64,000 bases of DNA from an uncultured Gemmatimonadales bacterium (GTDB taxonomy: Bacteria > Gemmatimonadota > Gemmatimonadetes > Gemmatimonadales > GWC2-71-9): positions 480,001-544,000 of the forward strand of contig CAVZZO010000001.1 in assembly GCA_963779755.1 (NCBI GenBank), given 5' to 3'. The position numbers and the translations under genes were made by a program. Position 1 is the stretch's first letter, and each line of letters opens with the position of its first letter. The notes under the pieces were generated by a model. It did no database searches, was not told the origin of the DNA, and saw only the letters and a program-made list of their open reading frames with translations. Shown here piece by piece: positions 29,390 to 39,824 of this stretch.

Positions 29390-30973
29390 TTGCCGGCTGC
29401 CAGGTAGTCATAGAGGGCTATCTTCAGCAGCTTCAGTTCGTCTGGGTCTGTGCTTCCGACAGCAGCGGAACTGTGGAGAATTCGTACACCGCTGGTCCAG
29501 GCAAGTGGAAGAAGCCGATCGGCGAAGTAGAATGAAAGGTCCTCCGGGATCTCGTTTCCGCCCCGGCCATAGGAAAAAAGATCGAGGTTCGCCCCCCAAA
29601 TGACACCGGCGATCCCTCCTTTGTTGTTCCCATCGGCAGCCAGAATAGACGCGACTTCGGTTCCATGCCTAAGCCCGACATCGGTGGTGTAGATGCTTGG
29701 GGCAGGAATGAGAGGTATCGCCTCAGGTTCGATTAGCGTGGCCGAGGGAAAGTCCTCCGAAGAACCATCGAAATAAAAATCGATCACGCCCACGTTCGCG
29801 CGATCAGGGGTGTATGTTCCCGTCTCACAACCCCATGCAAGGGGAGCACGTATTGCCAGACGGGAACGGGTTATGCTCGTTGGGGTTATCCAGTCATCAT
29901 GGCCAGCCCCGGGGCCATCTACAGGATAGCGGGTATGAAAGGTGATCCCGCTACGGCGACTCACCGGCGACGCGTAGGTTACGCCGGGTTCTTGATCATT
30001 CAAGCGGCGCTTGAGAGCCTCATAGGCCTCCCAGCTGGATCCTGGATCGGGAACGCGCACGATGTACGCTCTGGCATTCGAGAGACCCCCGATAATTTCC
30101 GCGTGGTAGCCTTGGAATAATTGTCGAATCGTCTTTCCACTGGTGGAGTCATCGAATCGAATGGCGAAAATGTTCCGGTAAAATACGGTCGCAGTGTCCC
30201 ATGGAGGTGAGATCACAATTGTAGTATCACGTGGGAAAGTTCCCGTGGGCGGAATTGCCGGCCGGCTGGTATCCGCATCGGCCGCTTCGGCATAGAGTAC
30301 CAGCTGGAATCGCAGCACCCCGGAATGCACCGCCAGCTCCAGCCAGCGAACCTGTGACGTCGCGCCAGCCGCCAGCTCATCTCTGGGCGGCTGGGCCGCC
30401 AGCAGCGTGTCGTAGCGCCACAGCACCGCGCCCGGCAGGCGCGGATCGGTGGCATCGAGAGCGGAGTCTGGATTCACGAAGTTGAGGTAGTCCGCGGTCC
30501 ACTCATTTTGCGCCAGGCCGGGCGCTTCCAGCACGGTCAGGCTGTCTTCCCAGCCGTAAAGCCGGGCGGGCGCGCGGAAGGGCTGCGAGGTCTGGTTGGC
30601 CAGGGCCAGGGGAAGTCGCACCCGGTCGGCTGGGCCGTCATAGACCGGGGTCCCCACCAGCACGGGCCGCATGCCGCCGCAGGCAGCGCCCGAGGCCGTC
30701 ACGAAGGCGCTGTCGTCGTCTATGGTGATGGTCTCCTTGCCCCGGACCTCGACCTCGAACCGGGCACAGCCCTGCTGGGCCACCGGATACACCGGGCCGA
30801 GCGGTTTCTGGAGGGCCGTCCCTGGTGTCCCACGGCAGGCAAGGAGGGAGCAGAGGAGCAAGAGGATGCACGGCTCGAGGGAGCGGTCGGGCAAACGCCG
30901 CGTTGGCGCCACAGGCATTTCCGGGGAGAGGTGGGCCGGCGACCGATCCAGGGACACCTGCTCTACTGGAGTG

Positions 30974-31001
30974 AGCCTACCGCCGGGAACGCGGCTGTCA
31001 A
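30974..31001 (-). promoter_or_regulatory. Sigma70-like promoter of S8 copy 1
   Basis: TTGACA-N16-TAGGCT, conserved before all five S8 copies. Confidence 0.65.
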
Positions 31002-31102
31002 GATCCGGTGAGAGAAGAGGTGGTAGGGGAGAAGGCGCCGCCAAGATCGAAACCTATGATCCGGTTCCCTCTTCCCAACAGGGAAGGGGGTCAGGGGGTT
31101 AC

Positions 31103-31139
31103 GCCCTCACGGGGTTGTCAGGCCCTCACGGGGTTGTCA
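31103..31139. repeat. Tandem duplication with 19-bp period
   Basis: GCCCTCACGGGGTTGTCA twice, separated by one G. Confidence 0.9.
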
Positions 31140-31205
31140 AGAACGTGCATGGAGCCCAACATGGCTCTGGGCAAATACGATATCCTGTTCCGCAGGAGGC
31201 CAGTG

Positions 31206-32633
31206 ATGCGTAGGTCGGGAGGGTTCGTCCGGCTTGCCGGTGCGGCCGTGTTCTGCTGTGCGGGGTTCTGCGCGCCAGGCCGGCTCGGTGCCCAGGATGC
31301 CGGATCGGGCCAGAGTCTGGTCATCCGCGGCGGGACCCTGATCGACGGCACGGGAGCCGCGCCGGTGGCTGATGCGGTGGTGGTCCTCCGCGGCGGACGG
31401 ATCGCGGCCGTCGGGAAGGCCGGCACCGTTCAGGCGCCCGCGGGCGCCCGCGTGATCGATGCCCGGGGCAAGTGGATCATTCCGGGTCTGGTGGATGCCC
31501 ACGTGCACTACAGCCAGACCGGCTGGTTCGACGGGCGGCCCGACGCGGCAGACGTGCGGGCGCAGTATCCCTATCCTCAGGTCGTCGCCTCCCTGCGGAA
31601 CCATGTGGACCGCTTCTTCCGGGCCGACCTGTGCTCCGGCGTCACCGCCACCTTCGACGTGGGCGGCTATCCCTGGACCCGCGCACTGCAGGCGCGCGGT
31701 GAAGAAGATGCATTCGCCCCGCATGTCGCCGCCGCCGGCGCCCTGCTCTCCACGGTGGACTTCTGGCTCAACCTGCCGGATGAGCGCCAGTTCGTCTTCA
31801 TGGCCTCCGACAGCGCGGTGCGTGCCGAGGTCCGTTCCCATGCCGCGCTCGGCTCAGCCGCCATCAAGGTGTGGTACATCGTGCCCCGCTCCTGGACCAG
31901 CGCGGACAGCGCGCATTACAGCGCGCTGGTGCATCTGGCAGGAACGATGGCGGACAGTGTGGGCCTGCCGCTCATCGTGCATGCGACCGGGCTGTGGGAA
32001 GCGAAGGACGCGATCCGCGCCGGCGCGAAGGTCCTGGTGCACAGCGTCTTTTCCCAGCAGGTGGATGACGAGTTCATCCAGCTGGCCCGCGAGCACCATG
32101 TGATCTACATCCCCACCCTGACGGTAGTGGAAGGTTATCCCAACATGTTCCTGGGTCTTCCGGCGGATTCCCTGCCGTATCCCGCGGGCTGCGTGGACTC
32201 GCTTACCCGGGCCAAGCTGGCGAAAGGACTCCCCGATTCTCTGCGTCCAGTCTGGGCCCGGGGCCCGACGGCACACGCCCCGCCCAATCCCTCACTCCAG
32301 AACGGCCTCGCCAACCTGAAGCGGGTACAGGATGCAGGGATTACCGTGGCCATGGGTACCGATGCGGGGAATCCCGGTACGCTGCACGGGCCGTCGGTCT
32401 ATCGGGAAATGGACCTGATGCAGCAGGCCGGCCTCACCCCGATGCAGGTGCTGGTGGATGCCACCCGGAACGGGGCCGCAGCGATGGGGCGGGGCAGCGA
32501 TTTTGGAACCCTGGAGCTCGGCAAGGCCGGCGACCTCGTGATTCTGGATGCGGATCCGCTTCGGGATATTGCCAACCTCCGGCGGGTGGACCGCGTGATC
32601 AAAGGCGGTGTCGTGGTCTGGCCGCCACACTGA
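31206..32633 (+). CDS. Secreted amidohydrolase-superfamily protein
   Basis: AGGAGG RBS; signal peptide; IRGGTLIDGTG, PGLVDAHVH, GTDAG, GKAGDLVILDADPL. Confidence 0.92.
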   Translation: MRRSGGFVRLAGAAVFCCAGFCAPGRLGAQDAGSGQSLVIRGGTLIDGTGAAPVADAVVVLRGGRIAAVGKAGTVQAPAGARVIDARGKWIIPGLVDAHVHYSQTGWFDGRPDAADVRAQYPYPQVVASLRNHVDRFFRADLCSGVTATFDVGGYPWTRALQARGEEDAFAPHVAAAGALLSTVDFWLNLPDERQFVFMASDSAVRAEVRSHAALGSAAIKVWYIVPRSWTSADSAHYSALVHLAGTMADSVGLPLIVHATGLWEAKDAIRAGAKVLVHSVFSQQVDDEFIQLAREHHVIYIPTLTVVEGYPNMFLGLPADSLPYPAGCVDSLTRAKLAKGLPDSLRPVWARGPTAHAPPNPSLQNGLANLKRVQDAGITVAMGTDAGNPGTLHGPSVYREMDLMQQAGLTPMQVLVDATRNGAAAMGRGSDFGTLELGKAGDLVILDADPLRDIANLRRVDRVIKGGVVVWPPH

Positions 32634-32730
32634 TGGCCGCGAGGGGCAGGCCACCGGGAGCCCGCCACGGGGAAGCGTCCGGCTGGCCCTCCTTGTCGCC
32701 GCGGCGCCACCCCGTCTGATTTCACGGTCG

Positions 32731-34965
32731 ATGCCGGATCCCACCCCCCCTCTCGCCGCCGGCCTGTCCGGCCGCTACCGACTCGAGCGCGAGCTCGGCG
32801 CGGGGGGGATGGCCACGGTCTATCTGGCTCTGGAGTCCAAACACGAGCGCCAGGTCGCCATCAAGGTGCTCAAATCGCAGGTGGCTGCCTCCCTGGGAAA
32901 GGAGCGGTTCCTGCGCGAGATCGGCATCGCCGCGCGGCTGGCGCATCCCCATATCGTCCCCTTGATCGACTCGGGGGAGGCGGGCGGTACCCTCTACTAC
33001 GTGTCTCCCTTCGTCACCGGCGGCTCGCTGCGGGACCGGCTGAACCGGGACTGCCGGCTGCCGGTGCGCGACGCCCTGCGCATCGTGCAGGAGGTGGGGT
33101 CCGCGCTGGACTACGCCCACCGCAGCGGGTTCGTACACCGGGACGTGAAACCGGAGAATATCCTCTTCGCCGAAGGGCTGGCCCTGCTGGCCGACTTCGG
33201 CGTGGCCACCGTGGGCGACACGTGCGACCCGGACCGGATCACCGAATCCGGCGTCGTCGTCGGTACCCCCGAATACATGAGCCCGGAGCAGGCCAGCGGC
33301 GAGTCCACGCTGGAAGGCACCAGCGACCTGTACAGCCTGGCCTGCGTGCTGTATGAGATGCTGGCCGGCGAGCCGCCGCTGCGGGGGCCATCCTACCGCG
33401 CAACGATGGCCAAGCAGGTCACCGAAACGCCCCCGCCCGTCCGGACCCGGCGGCCCGAGGTGCCGCCGGCGGTGGAAGAGGCGCTGGAGGCGGCGCTCAG
33501 GAAAGACCCGGCGCAGCGGTTTCCGACGGTTGCCGCCTTTCTCCAGGCCCTGCAGCAGCCTGAGGCGGCATCGGCCGCCCCGCGTATCGGCCTGCGGTCC
33601 ATCGCGGTCCTGCCCTTCGTCAATGCCAGCCCCGATCCGGAGAACGAGTACCTCAGCGACGGGCTGACCGAGGAGCTGATCAACGCGCTCGCCCAGATCG
33701 AGGGGTTGCGGGTGGCGTCGCGCACCTCGGTGTTCGCGTTGAAGGGCACCACGCGCGATGCTCGGGCCATCGGGGCGCTGCTGGATGTCTCCGAAATACT
33801 GGAGGGGACCGTCCGCCGGTCGGGCGACCGCCTGCGTATCGGGGTGCAGCTCACCTCGGCGGCGGACGGGCGGGTGCTCTGGTCGGAGCGGTTCGACCGC
33901 AAGCTGGAGGATGTCTTCGTGATCGAAGACGAGATCGCCCGGACCATCGTGACCACGTTGCGGGCCACCTCGTTCGCCGATCTGGCGGAGCCGGCGCCGC
34001 GCCGGTACACCGCGAACCTGGCGGCGTACAGCCTCTATCTCAAAGGCCGCTACGCCTGGAACAAGCGCAGCAACGAGGGCGTCACCGAGGCGATCGCCTG
34101 TTTCGAACAGACCATTGCCATGGATCCGGGTTATGCCCTGGCCTATACCGGCCTGGCGGACGCCTACGCCCTGCACGTGGACTACCGCAACGTCCCGGTG
34201 CACGAGGGTTTTGCCCGCGCCAAGGAATACGCCCGCAAGGCGCTGGAGCTGGATGACAGCCTGGCGGAGGGGCACGCCTCCCTGGCCTGGAGCCTGTTCA
34301 TCTACGACTGGGACTGGGCCGCGGCCGGGCGTGAGTTCCGGCGCGCCATTGAGCTGGCGCCTACCTATGCCACCGGCCACCAGTGGTACGCCATGCTGCT
34401 CAACTCGCAGGGTCGCACCGACGAGGCGCTGGTGGAGGGGCATACCGCCCTGGAGCTGGACCCGGCGTCGGTATCGGTGCGCCGGACGGTGGGCTGGCTG
34501 TACTACTACGGGCGCCGCTATACCCAGGCGCGCTACCACCTGGCGCGGGCGATCGCCATGAATCCGCTGGCGGAGGAGAGCTATCGGGTGATGGGACTGG
34601 TGCTGTCGCAGGAGGGCGAGCATGCCGAGGCCGTGCGGGTGCTGCGGGAAGCCTCCGCCATGGCCGATGCGGGAGCCTATACCCGGGCCAATCTGGGCTA
34701 TGTCCTCGGCCGGAGTGGGGCGCAGGAGGAGGCCGAGGCGGTGTTGCGGGAGGTAAGGACCCTGGCGGAACGGGATTACGTCTCGCCCGTCGCCTTTGTC
34801 CTGCTCCACCTCGGCCTGGGCCATCCGGACGAGGCGCTGCACTGGGCCGGGCGGGCGCTGGAGGAGCGGCGCGGGTGGATGGCCTACCTCCGGGTCAATC
34901 CGGTGGTGGATGCGCTGCGCGGATTGCCCGGGTTCGAGCAGCTGCTCCGCAAGGTGCGGCTGTGA
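32731..34965 (+). CDS. Cytoplasmic Ser/Thr kinase with TolB-N-like and TPR domains
   Basis: HRDVKPEN, DFG, GTPEYMSPEQ; SIAVLPFVNASPDPENEYLSDGLTEELI; TPR-like helices; no TM segment. Confidence 0.92.
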   Translation: MPDPTPPLAAGLSGRYRLERELGAGGMATVYLALESKHERQVAIKVLKSQVAASLGKERFLREIGIAARLAHPHIVPLIDSGEAGGTLYYVSPFVTGGSLRDRLNRDCRLPVRDALRIVQEVGSALDYAHRSGFVHRDVKPENILFAEGLALLADFGVATVGDTCDPDRITESGVVVGTPEYMSPEQASGESTLEGTSDLYSLACVLYEMLAGEPPLRGPSYRATMAKQVTETPPPVRTRRPEVPPAVEEALEAALRKDPAQRFPTVAAFLQALQQPEAASAAPRIGLRSIAVLPFVNASPDPENEYLSDGLTEELINALAQIEGLRVASRTSVFALKGTTRDARAIGALLDVSEILEGTVRRSGDRLRIGVQLTSAADGRVLWSERFDRKLEDVFVIEDEIARTIVTTLRATSFADLAEPAPRRYTANLAAYSLYLKGRYAWNKRSNEGVTEAIACFEQTIAMDPGYALAYTGLADAYALHVDYRNVPVHEGFARAKEYARKALELDDSLAEGHASLAWSLFIYDWDWAAAGREFRRAIELAPTYATGHQWYAMLLNSQGRTDEALVEGHTALELDPASVSVRRTVGWLYYYGRRYTQARYHLARAIAMNPLAEESYRVMGLVLSQEGEHAEAVRVLREASAMADAGAYTRANLGYVLGRSGAQEEAEAVLREVRTLAERDYVSPVAFVLLHLGLGHPDEALHWAGRALEERRGWMAYLRVNPVVDALRGLPGFEQLLRKVRL

Positions 34966-36311
34966 AGAGCGGGCTCAATCGCCGTCGCTTTCTGCAATCT
35001 GGCACCGCCGCTGCAGGCGCTCTCGCTTTGATGTGGCGGCCGGTCGCCCCGTTCCTGCATGCGTCTCCCCCCGACCCCCGCCTCGACTGGTGGCGCGAGG
35101 CCCGGTTCGGGATATTCATCCACTGGGGCCTGTATTCCGTCCTGGCCGGCGAATGGGGCGGCCGGACCGATTACGCCGAGTGGATCCGGAACAACGCCCA
35201 CATTCCTCTGAAGGAGTACGACAAGCTCGTCGGCCGGTTCAATCCCGTCAGGTTCGATGCGGATCGGTGGATCGCTGCCGCCAAGGATGCCGGGGCCCAC
35301 TACGTCACCATCACCACCAAGCATCACGACGGCTTCTGCCTGTTCGATTCCCGGCAGACCGATTTCTGCATCCGCTCCACCCCGTTCCGGCGCGACATCA
35401 TGCGGGAGATCGCCGGCGCCTGCCGCCGGCAGGGGCTCATATCCTGCTGGTATCACTCCATCATGGACTGGCACCATCCCGACTACCTGCCAAGGCGCGA
35501 TTGGGAGGCGGAGACCCGGCCGGTGGACGGAGCGCGCTTCAGCCGGTATGTGGAATATCTCCACCGGCAGGTGGCCGAGTTGCTCCGGAGCTACGGCGAG
35601 ATCGGGGTTATGTGGTTCGACGGAAACTGGGAGGGCACCTGGACCCACGAAATGGGACTGGCGCTCTATCGTCACTGCCGCTCGCTGCAACCGGCCGTCA
35701 TCGTGAACAACCGGATCGAGGGCTGGTCGCCGATGCCGGTCACGGACAAGCTGGGCGATTTCGGCACGCCGGAGCAGCGGATTCCGGATATGGGGCTGCC
35801 GGGGGTGGACTGGGAATCCTGCATCACCATGAACGACAACTGGGGCTACAATCGGAACGATCATCACTTCAAGCCGGTGCCCCAGCTGATCGGGCTGCTG
35901 GTGGAGACCGCGTCGAAGGGTGGCAATCTGCTGCTCAACGTGGGGCCCAGGCCGGACGGGACGTTCCCGGAAGAGAGCGTCGAGGGGCTCAAGGGCATCG
36001 GCCGCTGGATGGCGGTGAACGGCGAGGCGATCTACGGCACCACGGCCTCGGTTTTCAAGGACGCGCCGTTCCGGTCCACCACCAAAGGGAACCACCTCTA
36101 TCTCTTTCTGGAGAAATGGCCGGAAGGCTCCCTGCTGCTGCCGGGACTGCGGACGCCGGTCCGCCAGGCGCGGCTCCTGGGGGATTCAGGGCGGCCGATC
36201 GCTGCGGCAGCGGCGGATAGCGGCGTGCACCTGACCCTGGCGGGTGCCGATCCCGAAGCGATCTGGCCGGTGGTGGCATTGGAGTTGGAGGGTGAGCCGC
36301 GTTTCTTCTGA
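34962..36311 (+). CDS. Alpha-L-fucosidase (GH29), Tat-exported
   Basis: GTGA overlap with the kinase stop; NRRRFLQ Tat motif; WWREARFGIFIHWG, TKHHDGF, MWFDG, KGGNLLLNVGP. Confidence 0.93.
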   Translation: MKSGLNRRRFLQSGTAAAGALALMWRPVAPFLHASPPDPRLDWWREARFGIFIHWGLYSVLAGEWGGRTDYAEWIRNNAHIPLKEYDKLVGRFNPVRFDADRWIAAAKDAGAHYVTITTKHHDGFCLFDSRQTDFCIRSTPFRRDIMREIAGACRRQGLISCWYHSIMDWHHPDYLPRRDWEAETRPVDGARFSRYVEYLHRQVAELLRSYGEIGVMWFDGNWEGTWTHEMGLALYRHCRSLQPAVIVNNRIEGWSPMPVTDKLGDFGTPEQRIPDMGLPGVDWESCITMNDNWGYNRNDHHFKPVPQLIGLLVETASKGGNLLLNVGPRPDGTFPEESVEGLKGIGRWMAVNGEAIYGTTASVFKDAPFRSTTKGNHLYLFLEKWPEGSLLLPGLRTPVRQARLLGDSGRPIAAAAADSGVHLTLAGADPEAIWPVVALELEGEPRFF

Positions 36312-36369
36312 GGCTCACACGATTCCGGAACCGCCGCGAACCGGGTCGCCCGCTGCAGCCCAGCCGGAA

Positions 36370-39300
36370 TTACCGGAAGGCCGCACCCGCCCAGGTCCTC
36401 CGGGTTGGCGAAATGGTTCCCGCCGATTCGAAGGGGCCGCAGGCATCGTCGCTCACCTCGGCGCTGCCGAGGGCCAGAGTCGCCGCGTCGCGGTAGGCCA
36501 CCTGGCAGCCGGTGATCCGGGCGTAGGAGCCGCTGCTGTCGAAGCCGCCGGCGGTAACCACCAGCTCGGTGTGGATCTCCTGGAGGCCCTCGCCGGCGAC
36601 CAGCTCCCCGCCCGCCTCCGACAGCCCCAGCCAGAACATCTGCGACGGGAAACTGCCGAGCTGGTGGGGCGTGGGACTGGCCGTGCGGACCTCCCAGAGG
36701 GTGCCGCCGGTGGAGCGCATGTCCTGGGTGTAGCTCTTGCACAGGGCGCGCGGGTCGGTGGTGCCGGGGATGGTGTCGGTAAAGGGGCAGGGGAGCCAGG
36801 GGCCGGTGGTGGCGGCCGTGGTCGTCATCCGGTTCACCGCGACCACCACCCGACCGCCCCGGGGGTCGAAGGCCGGCCGGGCCGAGGCGACATCGCTCGC
36901 GGTGGTGAGGGCTGCGGTACACTCATAGGGGGTCACGGTGGACTGGCCGTTGATCACCGTGTCGCGGCGCTCCTGGCGGAAACAGTCGGAGCCCGAGCCG
37001 GGATTGACGGACACGGGCAGGCTGGTGAGGGAGGTCCAGCCCGGGTGGTAGAGGGAGTAGAGCTGGATATCGAAGCTGGTGGTGCTCCCGGCGGTGCTGC
37101 CCAGCACCCGCGGTGCTGCCCAGCACCCGCACGGCGCTGTCGTTGTCGTGCGAAACGAAGAGCGAGCTGAGATAGGTGCCGCCCCAGAGCGTATCGGGCA
37201 GGGTGAAGGGCGGCCCTTCCTGCCAGGATCGGGAGCCCGCGTCGTAGAGGAACTCCCGATCGAAGTTCTGCGCGCCCACCAGGTCTATCCGGCGGCCGCC
37301 ATGCCGCACGTTCACCAGGCCCGCGGCCTCGCCCAGATCGGCCAGCACTTCCACTCCGGTGCCGCGCCGGGCCAGGAGCTGGCCATGGGCGGTCCAGACG
37401 TGGGTGCCGCAGAGCGGGGTCCCGGGCCGCTCCCGGGAGAGCAGCGAGAGGGCGCCATAGGCGTCGAGCTGGTAGATGGATTCACTGCTGGGGAAGCCCG
37501 GCACCGGCTGGGCCGGCTCCACCTCTCCGGTGGTGGGGTTGAATTTCGGTTCCCGGGCGCCGCGGACGATGTAGTCCTTCACCTGGGCAGCGGTGAGTGT
37601 TGGATCCATGGCCCAGAGCAATGCGGCCACACCGGAGACGAACGGAGCGGCCAGGGAGGTGCCGTTGTCGGCTAGCACCCCTCCACCCGGAATGAGGCTC
37701 CCACGGCCTCGGCGGGAGCAGCTATGGCGGTGGCGCCCAGGAACAGGTTGGAATTGGCCCATTTCTGTCCCTGCATATTCGTGCCGGCCACGAACATGAT
37801 CTGATCCCGGAAGCGGGCGATCTCCGGCGGGGCGCCACTCTGGAAGGGAGTGATCAGAGCCTGCAGAAGGCCGAGGTTATCACCTCGTGCGGCGAGGATC
37901 TCGTCTATAGTGAAATCGCGTCCATTATTGTCCACGGATTGCACGATCAGGTTCCCCGCGGCGAGGTAGTCGTATAGGGCCTTCTTCATACGCTCCAACT
38001 CCTCGGGATCCGTACTCCCGACTGCCGCAGAGCTCTGGAGTACCCGTATGCCTCTGGCTGCTGCCGTGGGGAAGAGCTCGAGCACGAGATATCCCGTCAG
38101 ATCTTCTGGGATACTATCCCCAAGACCGTAAGCAAGCAGTTGGAGATTTGCTCCCCAAATCATTCCCGCTATCCCTTCCCCGTTGTTCCCATCGGCAGCC
38201 AATATCGAAGCCACCTGGGTTCCGTGCCGGAGACCTACCTCCGTCCTGTAGTAGCTGGGTGCGAACATGAGAGGTATCGAGCTGGGTCCAGACAGCGTGG
38301 CCGAGGAAAGGTCCTTCGACGGGTCGAAATGGAAATCAATTACGCCGATTCCAACCCGCCCACTAGTGTACGTGCCGGTTTCACAACCCCAGGCAAGCGG
38401 CGCACGGATTGCCAAGCGTGGGCGAGTCACATCCGTGGGTGTTACCCAGTCGCTACGTTGTGCGCCAATTCCGTCCACCGGGTGTTGGCTGTGGAACGTG
38501 ATTCCGCTGCGACGATGTACTGGGGCAGCGTAGTCGACACCGGATTCATCGTCATTCAAACGCCGCTTCAGCGCCTCATACGCTTCCCAACTGGCACCGG
38601 GATCCGGAACACGGACGAAGTATTCCTGCTGCGCTGGCCCCCCGCTGATAATCTCGGCACCATATCGCTGAAAGAGACTGCGGATTGTTCTTCCACTGGT
38701 GGTATCGTCGAACCGGATGACGAAAATATTCCGGTAGAAGACGTTCATTGTGTCCCCCGGCGGAGCAATGACAATCGTCGTATCCCGGGGGAAGATCCCG
38801 AGCGGTGGCACCGCCGGCCGGCTGGTATCCGCATCCGAGGCTTCGGCGTAGAGCACCAGCTGGAATCGCAGCACCCCCGAATGCACCGCCAACTCCACCC
38901 AGCGGATCTGCGACGTGTCCCCGGCCGCCAGCTCGTCCTGGGGCGGCTGGACCGCGAGCAGGGTGTCGTAGCGCCACAATACCGCACCCGGGAGGTGCGG
39001 AGCATCGGCCGCGAGCGCGGAGTCCGGATTCAGGAAGTTGAGGTAATCCGCGGTCCACTGGTTCTGGGCCAGGCCGGGCGCTTCCAGCACGGTCAAGCTG
39101 TCTTCCCAGCCATAAAGCCGGGCGGGCGCACGGAAGGGCTGCGCGGTCTGGTTGGCCAGGGCCAGGGGGAGGCGCACCCGGTCGGCCGGGCCGTCATACA
39201 CCGGGGCGCCGGCCAGGACCGGCCGCACGCCGCCGCAGGCGCCGCCCGAGGCGGTCACGAAGGCGCTGTCGTCGTCCACGGTGATGGTCTCCCTGCCCCG

Positions 39301-39471
39301 GACCTCCACCTGGAAGCGGGCACAGCCTTGCTGCGCGACGGGATAGATTGGGCCGAGCGGTTTCTGGAGGGCAGGGGCTAACGGGGTCCCCCGGCAGGCG
39401 AGCAGGGAGCCAAGCAGCAGGAGCACGCGGGCCTCACGAGGGGGGACAGGCACCCAGCGCGTTGGTGGCAC
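36370..39471 (-). pseudogene. S8 subtilase lipoprotein, copy 2, two frameshifts
   Basis: One base missing at 37696-37697 relative to copy 4; 19-bp tandem duplication at 37091-37128; all triad motifs present across three ORFs. Confidence 0.88.
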
Positions 39472-39531
39472 AGGACGTATCCGGAAGAGAAGTGGCCAGC
39501 GGTGATCACGGGGGACGGCCCTACCGGGGAT

Positions 39532-39559
39532 AGCCTACCGCTGGGAACGCGGTTGTCAA
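39532..39559 (-). promoter_or_regulatory. Sigma70-like promoter of S8 copy 2
   Basis: TTGACA-N16-TAGGCT. Confidence 0.65.
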
Positions 39560-39564
39560 GATCG

Positions 39565-39669
39565 GGTGAGCGGTCAGCGGTGAGCGGTGAGCGGTCAGCG
39601 GTGAGCGGTGAGCGGTCAGCGGTGAGCGGTGAGCGGTCAGCGGTGAGCGGTGAGCGGTCAGGGGTGAGC
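39565..39669. repeat. 7-bp VNTR (GGTSAGC)x15
   Basis: GGTGAGC/GGTCAGC units with a 21-bp higher-order period. Confidence 0.95.
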
Positions 39670-39824
39670 GCGGGTCTCCTCTCGACCTATCGAGTGGCTG
39701 GGTCTCCGTCTTGAGGCTTGAAGCCCTCCAAGCGCCGCCGGCGCATCGATGGACAGGCTGAAGCCTGCCCTCGGCCTAACGATCCCTGAAGGGATGCCGG
39801 CAGGCGGGCGACGTCGCAGGCGCG
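39670..39824. repeat. Hairpin-rich S8 intergenic element, copy A (truncated)
   Basis: Near-identical to 41672-41826 and 45126-45280. Confidence 0.9.

Larger units (their letters stand above)
26447..30957 (-). pseudogene. S8 subtilase lipoprotein, copy 1, interrupted by an IS256-family element
   Basis: Lipobox LLAC; GVIDF (Asp) and HGTEVAS (His) before the IS, GTSLAAP (Ser) after it; removing the IS and one TSD restores YLAAGNLFIQS in frame; start is GTG 30957 or ATG 30918. Confidence 0.9.

Noticed and set aside
31008..31205. Long N-terminal extensions from the ORF track for the amidohydrolase (also 32608, 34383, 53114, 31044)
   Set aside because: Better starts with RBS, signal peptides or stop-start overlaps lie downstream
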